The notes below the pieces were generated by a model, which searched no databases, was not told the origin of the DNA, and saw only the letters and a program-made list of their open reading frames with translations. Below are positions 36,104-46,626 of a stretch of DNA of 64,000 bases, piece by piece. The stretch covers positions 3,872,001-3,936,000 of the forward strand of contig CBDETY010000003.1 in assembly GCA_965243025.1 (NCBI GenBank). The letters run 5' to 3'. Within the stretch, counting starts at the first letter, position 1. Every line of letters begins with the position of its first letter. Made by a program: the position numbers and the translations under genes. The stretch comes from Candidatus Latescibacterota bacterium. GTDB lineage: Bacteria; Latescibacterota; UBA2968; UBA8231.

Positions 36104-38047
36104 ATGAGAGCGACAGCGCTTGCAGGCTCCCTTCTGCTTCTTTCCATCGTCTTTCCCATTGGGGTACGGGACGCTGCAGGCGCCGTCGTCGTCCGCCTGG
36201 GGACCCCGTTTTCCGCGGCGGAAAAGGACAGCCTGCGAGGCCTGGGTCTCGAATACCTGGAAATCGACTGGACGGTGTCCCAGCTCGAGGAGGGGCTCGA
36301 GCTCGATCTGCTGCAGGCCGGGGTGCTGCAGCCGAACTTCTTCGAGAAGGACGAGGATATCGCCGCCACGGTGCTGGGCAGGGGCGGCTGGGTGGGGGTG
36401 ACCACCACCTACAACTTCTGGGACAAGCTGGTCGGAGAGGTGCTGCTCGACCAGGACCCGGCCACCTCCTACGGCTGGCCGGCACTGTCCGCGGAGAGCT
36501 TCGACCTTTCTTCGGAAGCCCGCCTGCGGGGCGTCACTCTCGTGCTGGGCGGGCGTTTCCTCGTCCGGGAGATCCGGTTCCGCCCCCTCGCCGATCGTCC
36601 GGACCACTTCCTCGAGCAGTTCCGGATCGGCATCAGCGACGCGGATTTCAACACCTTCCGGGTCCCCTGGTTTCCGACCCTGATAGAGGTCAGGGAAAAC
36701 ACCGAGGACGAGGTCAGCGTCCTCCTCGATCCCCCGGTTACCACCGAGGCGGTTCAGCTGCGCATCACCCGCGACACCCCGAAGGAGATCGGCCTTGCCG
36801 ACTTCGAGGTGTACGGGGGAGGGTTCGTCGGCCAGGCGGCCTACGAGTCGGACGTCATCGAGCTGGACGAGATCGCCAGCTGGGGGGATATCCGCTGGTC
36901 GGGTCGAAGGGATTCCCTCGCCCGCGTCGATATCCGCACCCGCATCGGAAGCGACCCCCAGCCGGAGATCTTCTGGGAGACCCGCGTCGAGCAGCAGGAC
37001 AGCGTCGAGTTCCTTCAGGGGGGCGGGGACCTGAGCCTGGCGGAGTACAAGCGCCAGTACGGCAGGTTCTCCGACTTTCTCAAGCCGATGCTCGAGGAGG
37101 ACCGCGCGACTCCGGACACCGAGAACTGGAGCTTCTGGTCGAGCCCCTACCCCTTCGACGATCCCGGGGTCGGGATCGTATCGCCCGGCCCCCGCAGATT
37201 CATCCAGCTGCGGACAGAGTTCACGTCGACCACCGACGACGGGGGAAAAATCGACTACGTCGAGTTCAAGGCCTCGGTGCCGCCGTCGGTCCGCCGCCTC
37301 GTGGGCGAGATCCACCCGATCGAGACCATTGTCGGAGAGCCGACCCGGTTCACCTACTTCATCCGTCCGACGATCCGTTCCGGGGACATCGGCTTCGACG
37401 GGGTCGAGATCTCGACTCCGTCCGGGGTGCTCTCGGTCGACTCGCTGCGCATCGGGGGCATCGAGCTGCAGGACTTCACCTGGACGATCGACCCGGACCG
37501 CCGCGGGTTCGAGGTGCTCCTGCCCCGCAAGCTGGACACGACGGACAACGGCGCCCTGCTGGAGGTGGTGTTCAGAGCCCCGGTGCTCCGGGAGGTGGGA
37601 ACCCGGTTCGCCGGCCGGGTGTTCGACACCGGAAGCCCGCACGAGGTGCGGCAGCGGGTGGTTCCCGGCAACGCCAGCGACGACGTCGAGGGCAACCGGC
37701 TTTCGGTTACCACGTCCCTGAGCAGCTCGCTGGTTTTCGCGCCCCGTGTCTGGCCGAGTCCCTTCACTCCGAACGGCGACGGCGTCAACGAGGCCGCCAG
37801 GATTTCCTACAAGCTGCTGCGGGTGACCTCGTCCGTGCCGGTGGCGATCGGGGTTTTCGATCTGTCGGGGCGGCGCGTGAAACAGCTGTACGAAGGGACG
37901 GATCCTCTCGGGGAGTACGAGCACTCCTGGGACGGCCGCGACGACTCGGGCAGGCTGGTCCCTCCCGGACTCTACCTGTACAGGATCGAGGCCGACCTCC
38001 ATTCGCAGCGGGAAATCAACAGCGGCATCCTGTCGGTAGCCTACTGA
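36104..38047 (+). CDS. Secreted protein with discoidin-like N-region and C-terminal FlgD Ig-like domain
   Basis: Signal peptide; PFTPNGDGVN, VFDLSGRRV, WDGRDDSGRLVPPGLY, ends VAY; paralog of 41040-43661. Confidence 0.8.
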   Translation: MRATALAGSLLLLSIVFPIGVRDAAGAVVVRLGTPFSAAEKDSLRGLGLEYLEIDWTVSQLEEGLELDLLQAGVLQPNFFEKDEDIAATVLGRGGWVGVTTTYNFWDKLVGEVLLDQDPATSYGWPALSAESFDLSSEARLRGVTLVLGGRFLVREIRFRPLADRPDHFLEQFRIGISDADFNTFRVPWFPTLIEVRENTEDEVSVLLDPPVTTEAVQLRITRDTPKEIGLADFEVYGGGFVGQAAYESDVIELDEIASWGDIRWSGRRDSLARVDIRTRIGSDPQPEIFWETRVEQQDSVEFLQGGGDLSLAEYKRQYGRFSDFLKPMLEEDRATPDTENWSFWSSPYPFDDPGVGIVSPGPRRFIQLRTEFTSTTDDGGKIDYVEFKASVPPSVRRLVGEIHPIETIVGEPTRFTYFIRPTIRSGDIGFDGVEISTPSGVLSVDSLRIGGIELQDFTWTIDPDRRGFEVLLPRKLDTTDNGALLEVVFRAPVLREVGTRFAGRVFDTGSPHEVRQRVVPGNASDDVEGNRLSVTTSLSSSLVFAPRVWPSPFTPNGDGVNEAARISYKLLRVTSSVPVAIGVFDLSGRRVKQLYEGTDPLGEYEHSWDGRDDSGRLVPPGLYLYRIEADLHSQREINSGILSVAY

Positions 38048-38123
38048 TCCCCGGCGGCGCCGGGGCGGCGCACCTGTCCCGGCGCGGCGGAACCTTCCCC
38101 GGACGCCGCGGACAAGGGCAGTC

Positions 38124-38804
38124 TCAGCCGCCGCTCCTTTCGGACGACAGGACGACCTCCTCCGCCAGGTGCGGAGGGATGAAGAGCACCCCGGTCACGG
38201 TGCCGAGGACGACGTCCCCGGGAATGCAGGTCGCCCCGCCGATGCGGGTGACGCCGTTGATGTCCGGCATGGTGACCCCCGGTATCGCCTCCGGGTGGAT
38301 GCGCTTAACGAAGGTGCAGAAGTCGGGGATCTTCAGGATGCGCTGCAGGTCGCGGATGCCGCCGTCGATCACCATGCCGCGGCCCCCGTTCGCCTTGATG
38401 GCGGTGGTCAGGTTGTCCCCCACGAGGTTGACCTTTCCGAACAGGTCGGCCACCAGAACGTCGCCGTCCACCATCTCGTCGATCACCCAGGAGTTGAGGA
38501 AGCCGACGCGGCCCTCGGCTTCCCCGAGGCGCAGCAGGGCTTCGTGAAGCTCGGGGCGCATAGGCACCCAGCGGCAGGTGATGGCGCGGCCCACCAGCAC
38601 CCGGTCGGGGAAGAGGACGGTCCAGCCGCCGGCGAAGTTGTGCTCCCAGCCGTGCTTCTGCAGCACCGTCCAGGCGTCTTCGGTGGTAACCGATTTCATG
38701 CGTTCTAGGATGTCGTCGGGTACCATCGGGCGGCCGGCGGCGTCCCGCTCCCCCTCCCAGCGGCTGGTCACCTCGGCGATCATGTCGGGGTGGGTCAGTT
38801 TCAC
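38124..38804 (-). CDS. RraA/HMG-aldolase family protein (possibly C-terminally shortened)
   Basis: LVGRAIT, GDVLVAD, GDNL, G.VIDGGIRD, PGDVVLG...GVLFIP. Confidence 0.82.
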   Translation of the reverse strand: MKLTHPDMIAEVTSRWEGERDAAGRPMVPDDILERMKSVTTEDAWTVLQKHGWEHNFAGGWTVLFPDRVLVGRAITCRWVPMRPELHEALLRLGEAEGRVGFLNSWVIDEMVDGDVLVADLFGKVNLVGDNLTTAIKANGGRGMVIDGGIRDLQRILKIPDFCTFVKRIHPEAIPGVTMPDINGVTRIGGATCIPGDVVLGTVTGVLFIPPHLAEEVVLSSERSGG

Positions 38805-39940
38805 TGCGGCACCCCCTCGATCCCCAGCACCCGCGCCGCGCACCCGCCCATGATCATCGCCAGCCCGGCATCTCCCAGCCCCGCGGCCGGGGCGAAGTGG
38901 CGCTCGATCCAGTGGCGGGACTGGCGGTAGGTGCAGAAGCGGTTCTGGAACGGCATGTCGGTTCCGTACATCAGCCGCTCGGGACCGATGCGTTCCACCA
39001 TCGCCTCGAGCGCCGGCCAGACCTCGCGGTACGGGTAGTCGAAGAGGTCGCCGATGCGGACCGGGAAGCAGACCTCGAGGCTGAGGCGGGGGTTGGCGAA
39101 GGCCTCCCAGATTCCCTCGGGAAGGGAGATGCCGCCGCGGTCGAGGAAGACGCGCCAGGGAAAGCCGTGGGTGATGTTGCACACGAGGGAGGGGTGCTTC
39201 TCCATCAGCCGCGCCAGGATGACCAGCTCTCCGAGATACCCCTCCTGCTTCTCGGCGTCCGGGGCGATTTCCAGGCCGCGTCCCGGCCCGGTGCTCAAGG
39301 TGAAGAAGACCGGCACCCCGAGAGCCGACACCGCCTCCCAGAACGGCTCGTACGGCCCCCCGTCCCAAGGCTCCGGGCTGACGTCGTAGCCGTAGCTGCC
39401 GAACTTGATCGCCTGCAGCCCGAGATCGCGGATCGCCGCGGCGATCTCCGCGGCCGCCGCCTCGGGTTCGCCGTGGATCCGGGTCTCGTCGAGGCCGGCC
39501 ATCGACAGGATTCGCCCGGGGTACCTGCGCACGCACTGGGCCTGGTACCCGTTGTCCCGGCCCAGCATCGGGTTGGTGTGCAGCAGGACCCGCTGCACCC
39601 CGGCGTAATCCATCTCGCCGATGAGACTTTCCGGGGTGAACTCGAGATTGCGCAGGTTCGGCGGGTAGAAGTGCTTGGTCCAGGTCTCCCCTTCCCAGTC
39701 CCACAGAACGCGGCCGGCCTCCCTGTCGATGCGGAAGCCGACGTCGGGAAGGTCGTCGAGCCTGCCCCTGGACGAGTCGAGGACGTGCGACGGCCCCTCG
39801 ACGCCGTCGCGGATCCGGAAGGCGGGCTGGTGGTGGCGCGCCTGGGACTGCTGCACGATGGCGAGGTGCTCGCCGGCGCTGGCGTACCCCCGCGGACTGT
39901 CGGCGGGCTCGAAGCAGTAGGCGTGGGAATCGATGATCAC
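38801..39940 (-). CDS. Amidohydrolase_2 family protein (sugar-lactonase-like)
   Basis: IIDSHA, M..AGV, ITHG, RLMYGTDMP. Confidence 0.85.
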   Translation of the reverse strand: MIIDSHAYCFEPADSPRGYASAGEHLAIVQQSQARHHQPAFRIRDGVEGPSHVLDSSRGRLDDLPDVGFRIDREAGRVLWDWEGETWTKHFYPPNLRNLEFTPESLIGEMDYAGVQRVLLHTNPMLGRDNGYQAQCVRRYPGRILSMAGLDETRIHGEPEAAAAEIAAAIRDLGLQAIKFGSYGYDVSPEPWDGGPYEPFWEAVSALGVPVFFTLSTGPGRGLEIAPDAEKQEGYLGELVILARLMEKHPSLVCNITHGFPWRVFLDRGGISLPEGIWEAFANPRLSLEVCFPVRIGDLFDYPYREVWPALEAMVERIGPERLMYGTDMPFQNRFCTYRQSRHWIERHFAPAAGLGDAGLAMIMGGCAARVLGIEGVPQ

Positions 39941-40043
39941 GGTCGGTCTCCGGTGCTGTCGCGGGTGAATCCTGGGATTTCAACGCTATCCCGGAGGCCG
40001 TACCCGCGGCGGCCGTCCGGGCATTGCGGTTGCAGGTGCCTCC

Positions 40044-40826
40044 CTACAGGCTGGTCCAGCCGCCGTCGACCATCAGCGAGGTGCCGGTGACGTACTCCGA
40101 GGCGTCGGAGGCGAGGAACACCACCGCTCCCTTGATGTCGTCGTTGTGCAGCATGCGCCCCACCGGGGCGCGCTTTTCGTAGCTCTCGACGAACGGCTGC
40201 GGCTGGTTGTTGAAGTACCCTCCCGGGCAGATGCAGTTGGCCCGCACCCCCTGCTTGCCGTAGTAGTTGGCGACGTAGCGGGTGAAGTTGATCATGCCGG
40301 CTTTGACGAAGTTGTAGTCCGGGGGCTGCTTCATTTCGGTGCCCTCGTACAGGTTCGGATCGTTGCCGACGACCCCGTAGATGCTCGAGATGTTGACGAT
40401 CGAGCCGCGGCCCTGCTCGACCATGGCCGGGATGAAGGTCTTGCACATGGCGAACAGCCCGGACATGTTGCCGCCGGCGCTGTACTGCCAGTACTCCCAG
40501 GTCTGGTCGTCGAAGCTGCCGCCGCGCCCCACCACGGCGCTGTTGACCAGCACGTCGATGCGCCCGAAGCGGTCGAGCACCTCGCCGCCGAGCGCCGAGA
40601 TCGAAGCGGGATCCGTGATGTCGAGCTGCATGGCGTGGGCGTCGTGCCCCTCGCCGCGCAGGCGCCCGGCGAACTCCTCGTTGCGCTCGAGCGAGCGCGA
40701 CGCCGAGACGACCGTTGCGCCGGCCTCGGCGAGGCCCTCGCTGAGACTGCTGCCGAACTGGGGACCCGATCCCCCCGAGACCAGGGCGACGCGCCCCTGC
40801 AGCGAAAACTTGTCGAGTATCCCCAT
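40044..40826 (-). CDS. SDR family oxidoreductase
   Basis: FSLQGRVALVSGG, SSIYG, YNFVK, LMVDGGWT. Confidence 0.9.
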   Translation of the reverse strand: MGILDKFSLQGRVALVSGGSGPQFGSSLSEGLAEAGATVVSASRSLERNEEFAGRLRGEGHDAHAMQLDITDPASISALGGEVLDRFGRIDVLVNSAVVGRGGSFDDQTWEYWQYSAGGNMSGLFAMCKTFIPAMVEQGRGSIVNISSIYGVVGNDPNLYEGTEMKQPPDYNFVKAGMINFTRYVANYYGKQGVRANCICPGGYFNNQPQPFVESYEKRAPVGRMLHNDDIKGAVVFLASDASEYVTGTSLMVDGGWTSL

Positions 40827-41039
40827 CCTGAATGCTCTCCTGTGGTGGTCGCGGTTTCGAGCAGCCGCTTCGCGGTTCCATGCAGCCGCCCGGGCCCCTG
40901 CAGAGCCGACCGCGGACAATTTACGGGATTTGGACCGGGGGCAGACAGGTGCGATCTTTCCCGCAGCTGCCGAAGCGGGCAATTTCAAAAGGAAGCGAAG
41001 ACGCGTGGAGCGTCCGCGCATCTCCGAGGAAGATCGCCG

Positions 41040-43661
41040 ATGACAGGCTCATCACTCCACCCGGTACCGCCCCGGCGGGGAATCCTTTTCGCCGCCGCGG
41101 CACTCCTGCTCCCCCACGCAGCTTTCCCCCAGGAGGGCCACACGGTCACCGCGACCGAGATCCGCGCCGACCGCGCCTCCCACTGGCGCGCCTGGGACGT
41201 CGTCGGCGGCACCGTCGAGATCGCCCCCGACGGCTCGGTCAGCCCCCGGTTCCTGCGCAAGAACATCAACGCCGCCCTCGACGCCCTCGAGTTCTCCACC
41301 GAGGACACCCAGGGCGGCGTGCTCGTCGGCTCCAACCCCGCCGACGCCAACCTCGTCGTCGACGGCGACATGAGCACGAGCTGGGGCCCGAACCTCGACG
41401 ACCCCCTGGACGACTGGTGGATCGAGCTGCACCTCGGGCGCATCGTCGTGGTGCAGAAGATCGTACTGCGTTTCGCCGACGAGGGGGAAGGCGACCCGTT
41501 CCTGCAGTTCAAGGTCCGTGCCTGGCGCACCCCGACGTCGAGACTGGCGAGCGTCGGGTACCTCGACGGCACCGACGTGCCGAAGTTCTGGGAGCTGGGG
41601 CGGACCTTCAAACCGAACAAGGCGGAGCGGGAGTTCGAGTTCTTCCCCGACCCCGAGTCGCAGAATCCCTTCATTGGATGGGAGTCGCAGATCTCGGCAA
41701 ACGACGCCTTCGTCGGCGACCCCCTCGACCGCATCCAGATCATCATCACCGACTCGGACTTCGACCGCGGCGCGGAGCTGCCCTCGGAAGCGGAATGGAC
41801 AGCGCTCCCCGAGGGGCAGAGGGGGGCGGTCGACCACTACCGCAGCGAGCCGTCCGGCAGGGAGTCGGAGGTGAGCGAGGAGGAGTACTACGATATCGCC
41901 GAAGAGCGCCGCGGCTCCATCCGCTACTACCGGAAGGAGCGGCCGCGGCTGGCCGAGATCGAGGTCTGGACCGCGGGCGACAACATCATTCTCGGGGTCG
42001 TGGAGCGGGGGGGGTTCGTCAGCATGGAGGCGAACGCAGGCGACGCCAAGGACATCGGCGCCACCGCTTCCGACGGACGCTACTCTACCGGTTTCACGGG
42101 AACGATCTTCGGGGGGCTGGTATACGACATCTTCATAGACCTGGGGACCATCTACTGGCTCGACACCCTGCACTTCCTCAACGACGGCAAGAGCGGGTTC
42201 GAGCACATGGCCGTCGACGTCTCCACCGGGCAGAGGGCCCCCGACGGCAGCATCAAGTGGACGAGGGTGGCCGGCAGCGTCGACGACGTGCGCCTGATCC
42301 AGCAGGGGCGCGCCTCGTACAAGTTCCGGGAGTTCCGGATCGATCCGGTCCGCGCCCGCTACATCAGGGCGCCGTTCGGGATGCCGGTGTACACGGGCAC
42401 GCAGTCGACCACGGGAGCCCGCTTCATCACGCTGACGGAGCTGCTGCTCTACGGCGAGGGCTACGTCCCCGAAGTCCTGCTGACATCCGAACTGGTTCTC
42501 CTGGGGGGCACCAGGAACCTCGTCTCCATCGACTGGGACGCCGAAACTCCCCCCGGCACCGGCGTTCAGCTGCAGACCCGGTCGGGCAACAGCCTGGACG
42601 AGGTCCTCACCTACCACGACGCCAACGGCAACGTCGTCACCGAGTCCCGGTACAACAAGCTGCCGAAGTCGAAGAAGGGAGATATCACGAGCTTCTTCAA
42701 ACCGGGAGGAGACTGGAGCCCCTGGAGCACCCCCTACCTGGAGCAGGGGGCGCCGATAAGGTCCCCGAGCCCCCGCCAGTACATGCAGATCAGGGCCGCC
42801 CTGCAGTCCGAGGACCAGTACGCCGCCCCGACCCTGCACGCGGTCACCGTCGACGTCACCGATCCGCTGGCGAGCAGGCTCATCGGCGAGATCTGGCCGG
42901 TCGCCATCGACTCCCTCGGGCGCCCCAGCGACCTGTCGTTCTTCATCCGCCCGTCGTTCACCGTGAGAGGCCAGGGGTTCGACGAGGTGCGCATCGAGGC
43001 GACCGGGGAAACCTCGCTCGAGCTGGTCGGAGCCCTGACCGGAAGCGACGGCGACTTCGAGAACGGGGCCGCCGCCCTCCTTCCCGCCGCCGACTTGGAG
43101 GTAATGGAGTCGGAGCCGGGAACCCTGTGGTTCCGCCTGCCCGAGGCGGTCGGCAGCGGCGTCGATCTCGTCGAGGTCCGCTTCCGCGCCACGCCCTACA
43201 ACACCAGCACTTCGTTCCAGGCCCTCGGGCAGGATTCCGGAACCCCGGGCTTCTGGCAGCGCGTCGACGTCGGCGACGCCACCGAGCTCGTCGACAGCCA
43301 GTCGACGACGGTGCTGGCGATATCCGGCAACCGGGTGCTTCACGATCTCGCCTCCTCGCCGGTACTGACTCCGAACGGAGACGGCCTCAACGACGAGGCC
43401 ACCTTCGAGTTCAGCATCTCCCGCATCAGCTCCGGGGAGGCGGTGTCGCTGAGGATCTACGACCTGTCCGGCGGTCTCGTCGGCGAGTTCTCGGAGGAGC
43501 GCCAGGACCCGCGGGGAAGCTGGGAGATGGCCTGGAACGGACGCGACGTCAGCGGCAACCTCGTGCCCCCCGGGATCTACATCGCCTCGGTGGAGGTGGC
43601 GGCCCAGTCCGCCTCGGCCACCGGCACCACGGCGCAGCGGCTCCTCCACGTCGCCTACTGA
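41040..43661 (+). CDS. Large secreted protein with discoidin-like regions and C-terminal FlgD Ig-like domain
   Basis: Signal peptide; WSPWSTPY, SPSPRQYMQIR, LIGEIWP, TPNGDGLND, IYDLSG, WNGRD.SGNLVPPGIY, ends VAY. Confidence 0.8.
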   Translation: MTGSSLHPVPPRRGILFAAAALLLPHAAFPQEGHTVTATEIRADRASHWRAWDVVGGTVEIAPDGSVSPRFLRKNINAALDALEFSTEDTQGGVLVGSNPADANLVVDGDMSTSWGPNLDDPLDDWWIELHLGRIVVVQKIVLRFADEGEGDPFLQFKVRAWRTPTSRLASVGYLDGTDVPKFWELGRTFKPNKAEREFEFFPDPESQNPFIGWESQISANDAFVGDPLDRIQIIITDSDFDRGAELPSEAEWTALPEGQRGAVDHYRSEPSGRESEVSEEEYYDIAEERRGSIRYYRKERPRLAEIEVWTAGDNIILGVVERGGFVSMEANAGDAKDIGATASDGRYSTGFTGTIFGGLVYDIFIDLGTIYWLDTLHFLNDGKSGFEHMAVDVSTGQRAPDGSIKWTRVAGSVDDVRLIQQGRASYKFREFRIDPVRARYIRAPFGMPVYTGTQSTTGARFITLTELLLYGEGYVPEVLLTSELVLLGGTRNLVSIDWDAETPPGTGVQLQTRSGNSLDEVLTYHDANGNVVTESRYNKLPKSKKGDITSFFKPGGDWSPWSTPYLEQGAPIRSPSPRQYMQIRAALQSEDQYAAPTLHAVTVDVTDPLASRLIGEIWPVAIDSLGRPSDLSFFIRPSFTVRGQGFDEVRIEATGETSLELVGALTGSDGDFENGAAALLPAADLEVMESEPGTLWFRLPEAVGSGVDLVEVRFRATPYNTSTSFQALGQDSGTPGFWQRVDVGDATELVDSQSTTVLAISGNRVLHDLASSPVLTPNGDGLNDEATFEFSISRISSGEAVSLRIYDLSGGLVGEFSEERQDPRGSWEMAWNGRDVSGNLVPPGIYIASVEVAAQSASATGTTAQRLLHVAY

Positions 43662-43681
43662 CCCGCCGGCCCCCCGGGACA

Positions 43682-45364
43682 TTGCGGTTGAGGACGGCTC
43701 CCGGCCCTGCACGCCCCCTGCCCCGCGGGGCGCTGGTGGGGCTGCTGGCTGCGTTGGCCTGCTCCCCCGACGGGCCGGAACCCCCTGAATCCCCTCCCCT
43801 TCTGTTTGCGGAGACAACCGCGGAAGCCGGGCTCCCCGCACCGGCCCGGGTCCCGGACGGCACCTGGTTCCTTCCCGAGATCATGGGGGGCGGCGTCGCC
43901 CTCTTCGACGCCGACGGCGACGGCGACCTCGACCTGCTGCACGCCCGCGCTCCCGCCCCAGGCCGTCCCCAAGACCCGGCCCCGAACCGCTACTACCGGC
44001 AGGAGGGGGACGGCCGCTTCACCGAGGCGGGAGCCGCGGCGGGCCTCGACGATCCCGGATACGGCCAGGGGGTCGCGGTCGGCGACGTCGACAACGACGG
44101 GCATCCCGACCTTTTCGCCGCCAACTACGGCCCCGACGCCCTCTACCGGAACCGCGGGGACGGCACCTTCGCCCCCACCGACTCCGCCCCCTTCGCCGCG
44201 GACCGCTGGAGCACCTCGGCCGCCTTCGTCGACTACGACCGCGACGGCGACCTCGACCTCTTCGCCGTGCACTACGTCGAGTACTACCCCGGCGTCGTCT
44301 GCCGCTCCCCGAACGGCGTCGACTACTGCCCCCCGGGCAAGTTCCCCGGCGTGCGCGACGCCCTGTTCCGCAACGATGCCGGTGTCTTCGCCGACGTCTC
44401 CGGGGCCGCGGGGGTGAACGCCCCGGCCCGGGGACTGGGTGTCGCCTGCGCCGACCTGACCGGCGACGGCCGGGTCGACATCTACGTCGCCAACGACGGC
44501 GAGGCCAACCAGCTCTGGATCGCGCAGGGGGACGGCACCTTCCTCGACGAAGCGGTGATGCGGGGGGCCGGGTTCAACGGCAACGGCAAGCCGGAGGGGA
44601 GCATGGGAGTGGCGATCGCCGACGCCGACGGGGACGGCCGCCTCGACCTGGCGATGACGAACCTGTGGAACGAGAGCAACACCTTGTTCGCGGGGACCGG
44701 AGGGGGGCTCTTCAGCGACGCCTCCGGCCGCTCCGGGATGGCCGCTGTCGACCTGCCCCTCACCGGCTTCGGCTGCGGCTTCTTCGACTACGACCACGAC
44801 GGCGACCTCGACTTCGCCGTCGTCAACGGCCGCGTGCAGGGCTGGCCGCCGCTGCCGGCGGCCGGGGCGGACGATTTCTGGAGCAGCTACGCCGAGTCGA
44901 ACCTGCTGTTCGAGAACGACGGCCGCGGCCGCTTCGCGAGCGCCGGCGGACGGGCGGGCACCTTCTCCTCCCTGCCGGGGATGCACCGCGGCCTCGCCTT
45001 CGGCGACCTCGACCGCGACGGCGACCTCGATCTGGCGGTCGGCGGCCTCTGGCAGGTCAGGCTGTTCCGCAACGACGCCCCCGCGGCCGGCAACCGCTGG
45101 CTCTCGGTGCGCGCCGTGACCGGCAACAGGGACGCCATCGGGGCCGAGGTCGTCGTCTCCGCGGGCGGCAGGAAGCAGCGGCGCCTCGTCGCCGCCGGGT
45201 ACAGCTACGCGAGCAGCAGCTCTCCGCGCGCCCATTTCGGCCTCGGAACGGCGGGTTGCGATTCCGTCGAGGTCCTGTGGCCGGACGGCAGCCGGGAGCG
45301 CTTCGCCATCGCCGGCGTCGACCGCGCCGTGACCGTGCGGCAGGGGGAAGGGGCGGCGCCGTGA
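43682..45364 (+). CDS. CRTAC1-like FG-GAP repeat + ASPIC/UnbV lipoprotein
   Basis: Lipobox ALAC; many D.DGDG..DL repeats; C-terminal NRDAIGA.V..., HFGLG, V.WPDG; TTG start is approximate. Confidence 0.88.
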   Translation: MRLRTAPGPARPLPRGALVGLLAALACSPDGPEPPESPPLLFAETTAEAGLPAPARVPDGTWFLPEIMGGGVALFDADGDGDLDLLHARAPAPGRPQDPAPNRYYRQEGDGRFTEAGAAAGLDDPGYGQGVAVGDVDNDGHPDLFAANYGPDALYRNRGDGTFAPTDSAPFAADRWSTSAAFVDYDRDGDLDLFAVHYVEYYPGVVCRSPNGVDYCPPGKFPGVRDALFRNDAGVFADVSGAAGVNAPARGLGVACADLTGDGRVDIYVANDGEANQLWIAQGDGTFLDEAVMRGAGFNGNGKPEGSMGVAIADADGDGRLDLAMTNLWNESNTLFAGTGGGLFSDASGRSGMAAVDLPLTGFGCGFFDYDHDGDLDFAVVNGRVQGWPPLPAAGADDFWSSYAESNLLFENDGRGRFASAGGRAGTFSSLPGMHRGLAFGDLDRDGDLDLAVGGLWQVRLFRNDAPAAGNRWLSVRAVTGNRDAIGAEVVVSAGGRKQRRLVAAGYSYASSSSPRAHFGLGTAGCDSVEVLWPDGSRERFAIAGVDRAVTVRQGEGAAP

Positions 45365-46626
45365 GGATCCCCCTCCTCTCGGCGCTTGTCCTTTCGGCGC
45401 CGGTCATTGCCGGCCTCGGCTGCGGCGGCCGGAACCCGGAGCAAGTCCCGCTTCCCGACCTGACCCAGATCGCCGACGAGCGGCTGCTGGCCGCCGTCCG
45501 GGAAGCGCGGGCCGCGGTCGAAGGGGACCCTGGCCCGGCGGCCGCCTGGGGACGGCTCGGCCACATCTGCCTCGCCCACGGCTGGCCGCAGGAGGCGTCC
45601 GAGTGTTATCGGCAAGCGGCTTCGCGGGAAGCGGGGGCATCGCGGTGGCTCTACTTCCTGGGGCGCGCCCTCTACCAGGTCGATGCCGCCGGCGCGGCCG
45701 ATGCCTTTGCCCTGGCGGTATCTCTCGAGGCCGGCGGCGCCCCGGTCCCCTACTACGTCCACGGCGCCCGCGCCCTCCGGAACCTCGGCCGCACCGACGA
45801 GGCCCTGGCCCTTCTCGAAGGCGGGCGTGAACACCATCAACGCAGCTCCTCGCTCGAGCTCGCCCTCGGGCAGGTCCACCTGGAGGCGGGCCGCTACGGC
45901 GAGGCGCGGCGTCACCTCGAAAGCGCGCTGGCCCTCGACCCCGAACGCGGCGAGACCCATACCGCTTTGTCGCAGGTGCACATGGCTGCGGGGAACCGCG
46001 GCGAAGCCGCCCGCCACGCCCGGCTCGGGGTGCGCCACTTCGAGCAGGGGAGCATGCCGGATCCGCTGTTCGCCGAGGTTGCCCGGGCCGGGGTCAGCTC
46101 CTTCTGGATGCACCGCCGCGGCAAGAAGCGGCTGCAGGAAGGGGATTTCGCCGGCGCCCTCGAGGAGTACTCGCGGGCGGTCGCGGCCGGGGAAAGCGAT
46201 CCGATGATCTGGAACGGGTACGGCAGCGCCCTGCTCGGGGTCGGACGCCACGAGGAAGGAGTCGCCGCCCTGGAGCGCGCCCTCGAAGCGGCGCAGAGCG
46301 GCTCGGGGGACGGCGACCTTGCCCCGGACAACATGCGCCTGATCCACACCAACCTCGGCCACGCCCTGGCGGCCAGCGGCGACCTCGACCGCGCCGGGCA
46401 TCACCTGCGCGCCGCCCTGAGGCTCGACCCGGCCTCGGTCACGGCGGCCTACAACCTCGCCCTCCTGCATTTCCGCCGGAAGCAACCGGAGCTGGGGCTC
46501 GAGGCGCTTTCCGGAGTTCCGGACCTCGAAAGCCAGCCCGAGGCGGCGCGGCTGCGCGCCCGGCTGCGAGCCGCCGCCGGGCGCCCCGATCAGCTGTCCC
46601 CCGGCGAGGGCGGGGAGAACCGGTAG
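45361..46626 (+). CDS. TPR-repeat lipoprotein
   Basis: GTG start overlaps the upstream stop; lipobox GLGC; repeated A...LG...../Y..A...DP helices. Confidence 0.85.
   Translation: MRIPLLSALVLSAPVIAGLGCGGRNPEQVPLPDLTQIADERLLAAVREARAAVEGDPGPAAAWGRLGHICLAHGWPQEASECYRQAASREAGASRWLYFLGRALYQVDAAGAADAFALAVSLEAGGAPVPYYVHGARALRNLGRTDEALALLEGGREHHQRSSSLELALGQVHLEAGRYGEARRHLESALALDPERGETHTALSQVHMAAGNRGEAARHARLGVRHFEQGSMPDPLFAEVARAGVSSFWMHRRGKKRLQEGDFAGALEEYSRAVAAGESDPMIWNGYGSALLGVGRHEEGVAALERALEAAQSGSGDGDLAPDNMRLIHTNLGHALAASGDLDRAGHHLRAALRLDPASVTAAYNLALLHFRRKQPELGLEALSGVPDLESQPEAARLRARLRAAAGRPDQLSPGEGGENR

Noticed and set aside
40832-45364. 1510-aa ORF read as a giant ASPIC protein
   Set aside because: The first ~950 aa is an off-frame read of the 41040-43661 gene; the real gene starts near 43682 with a lipobox
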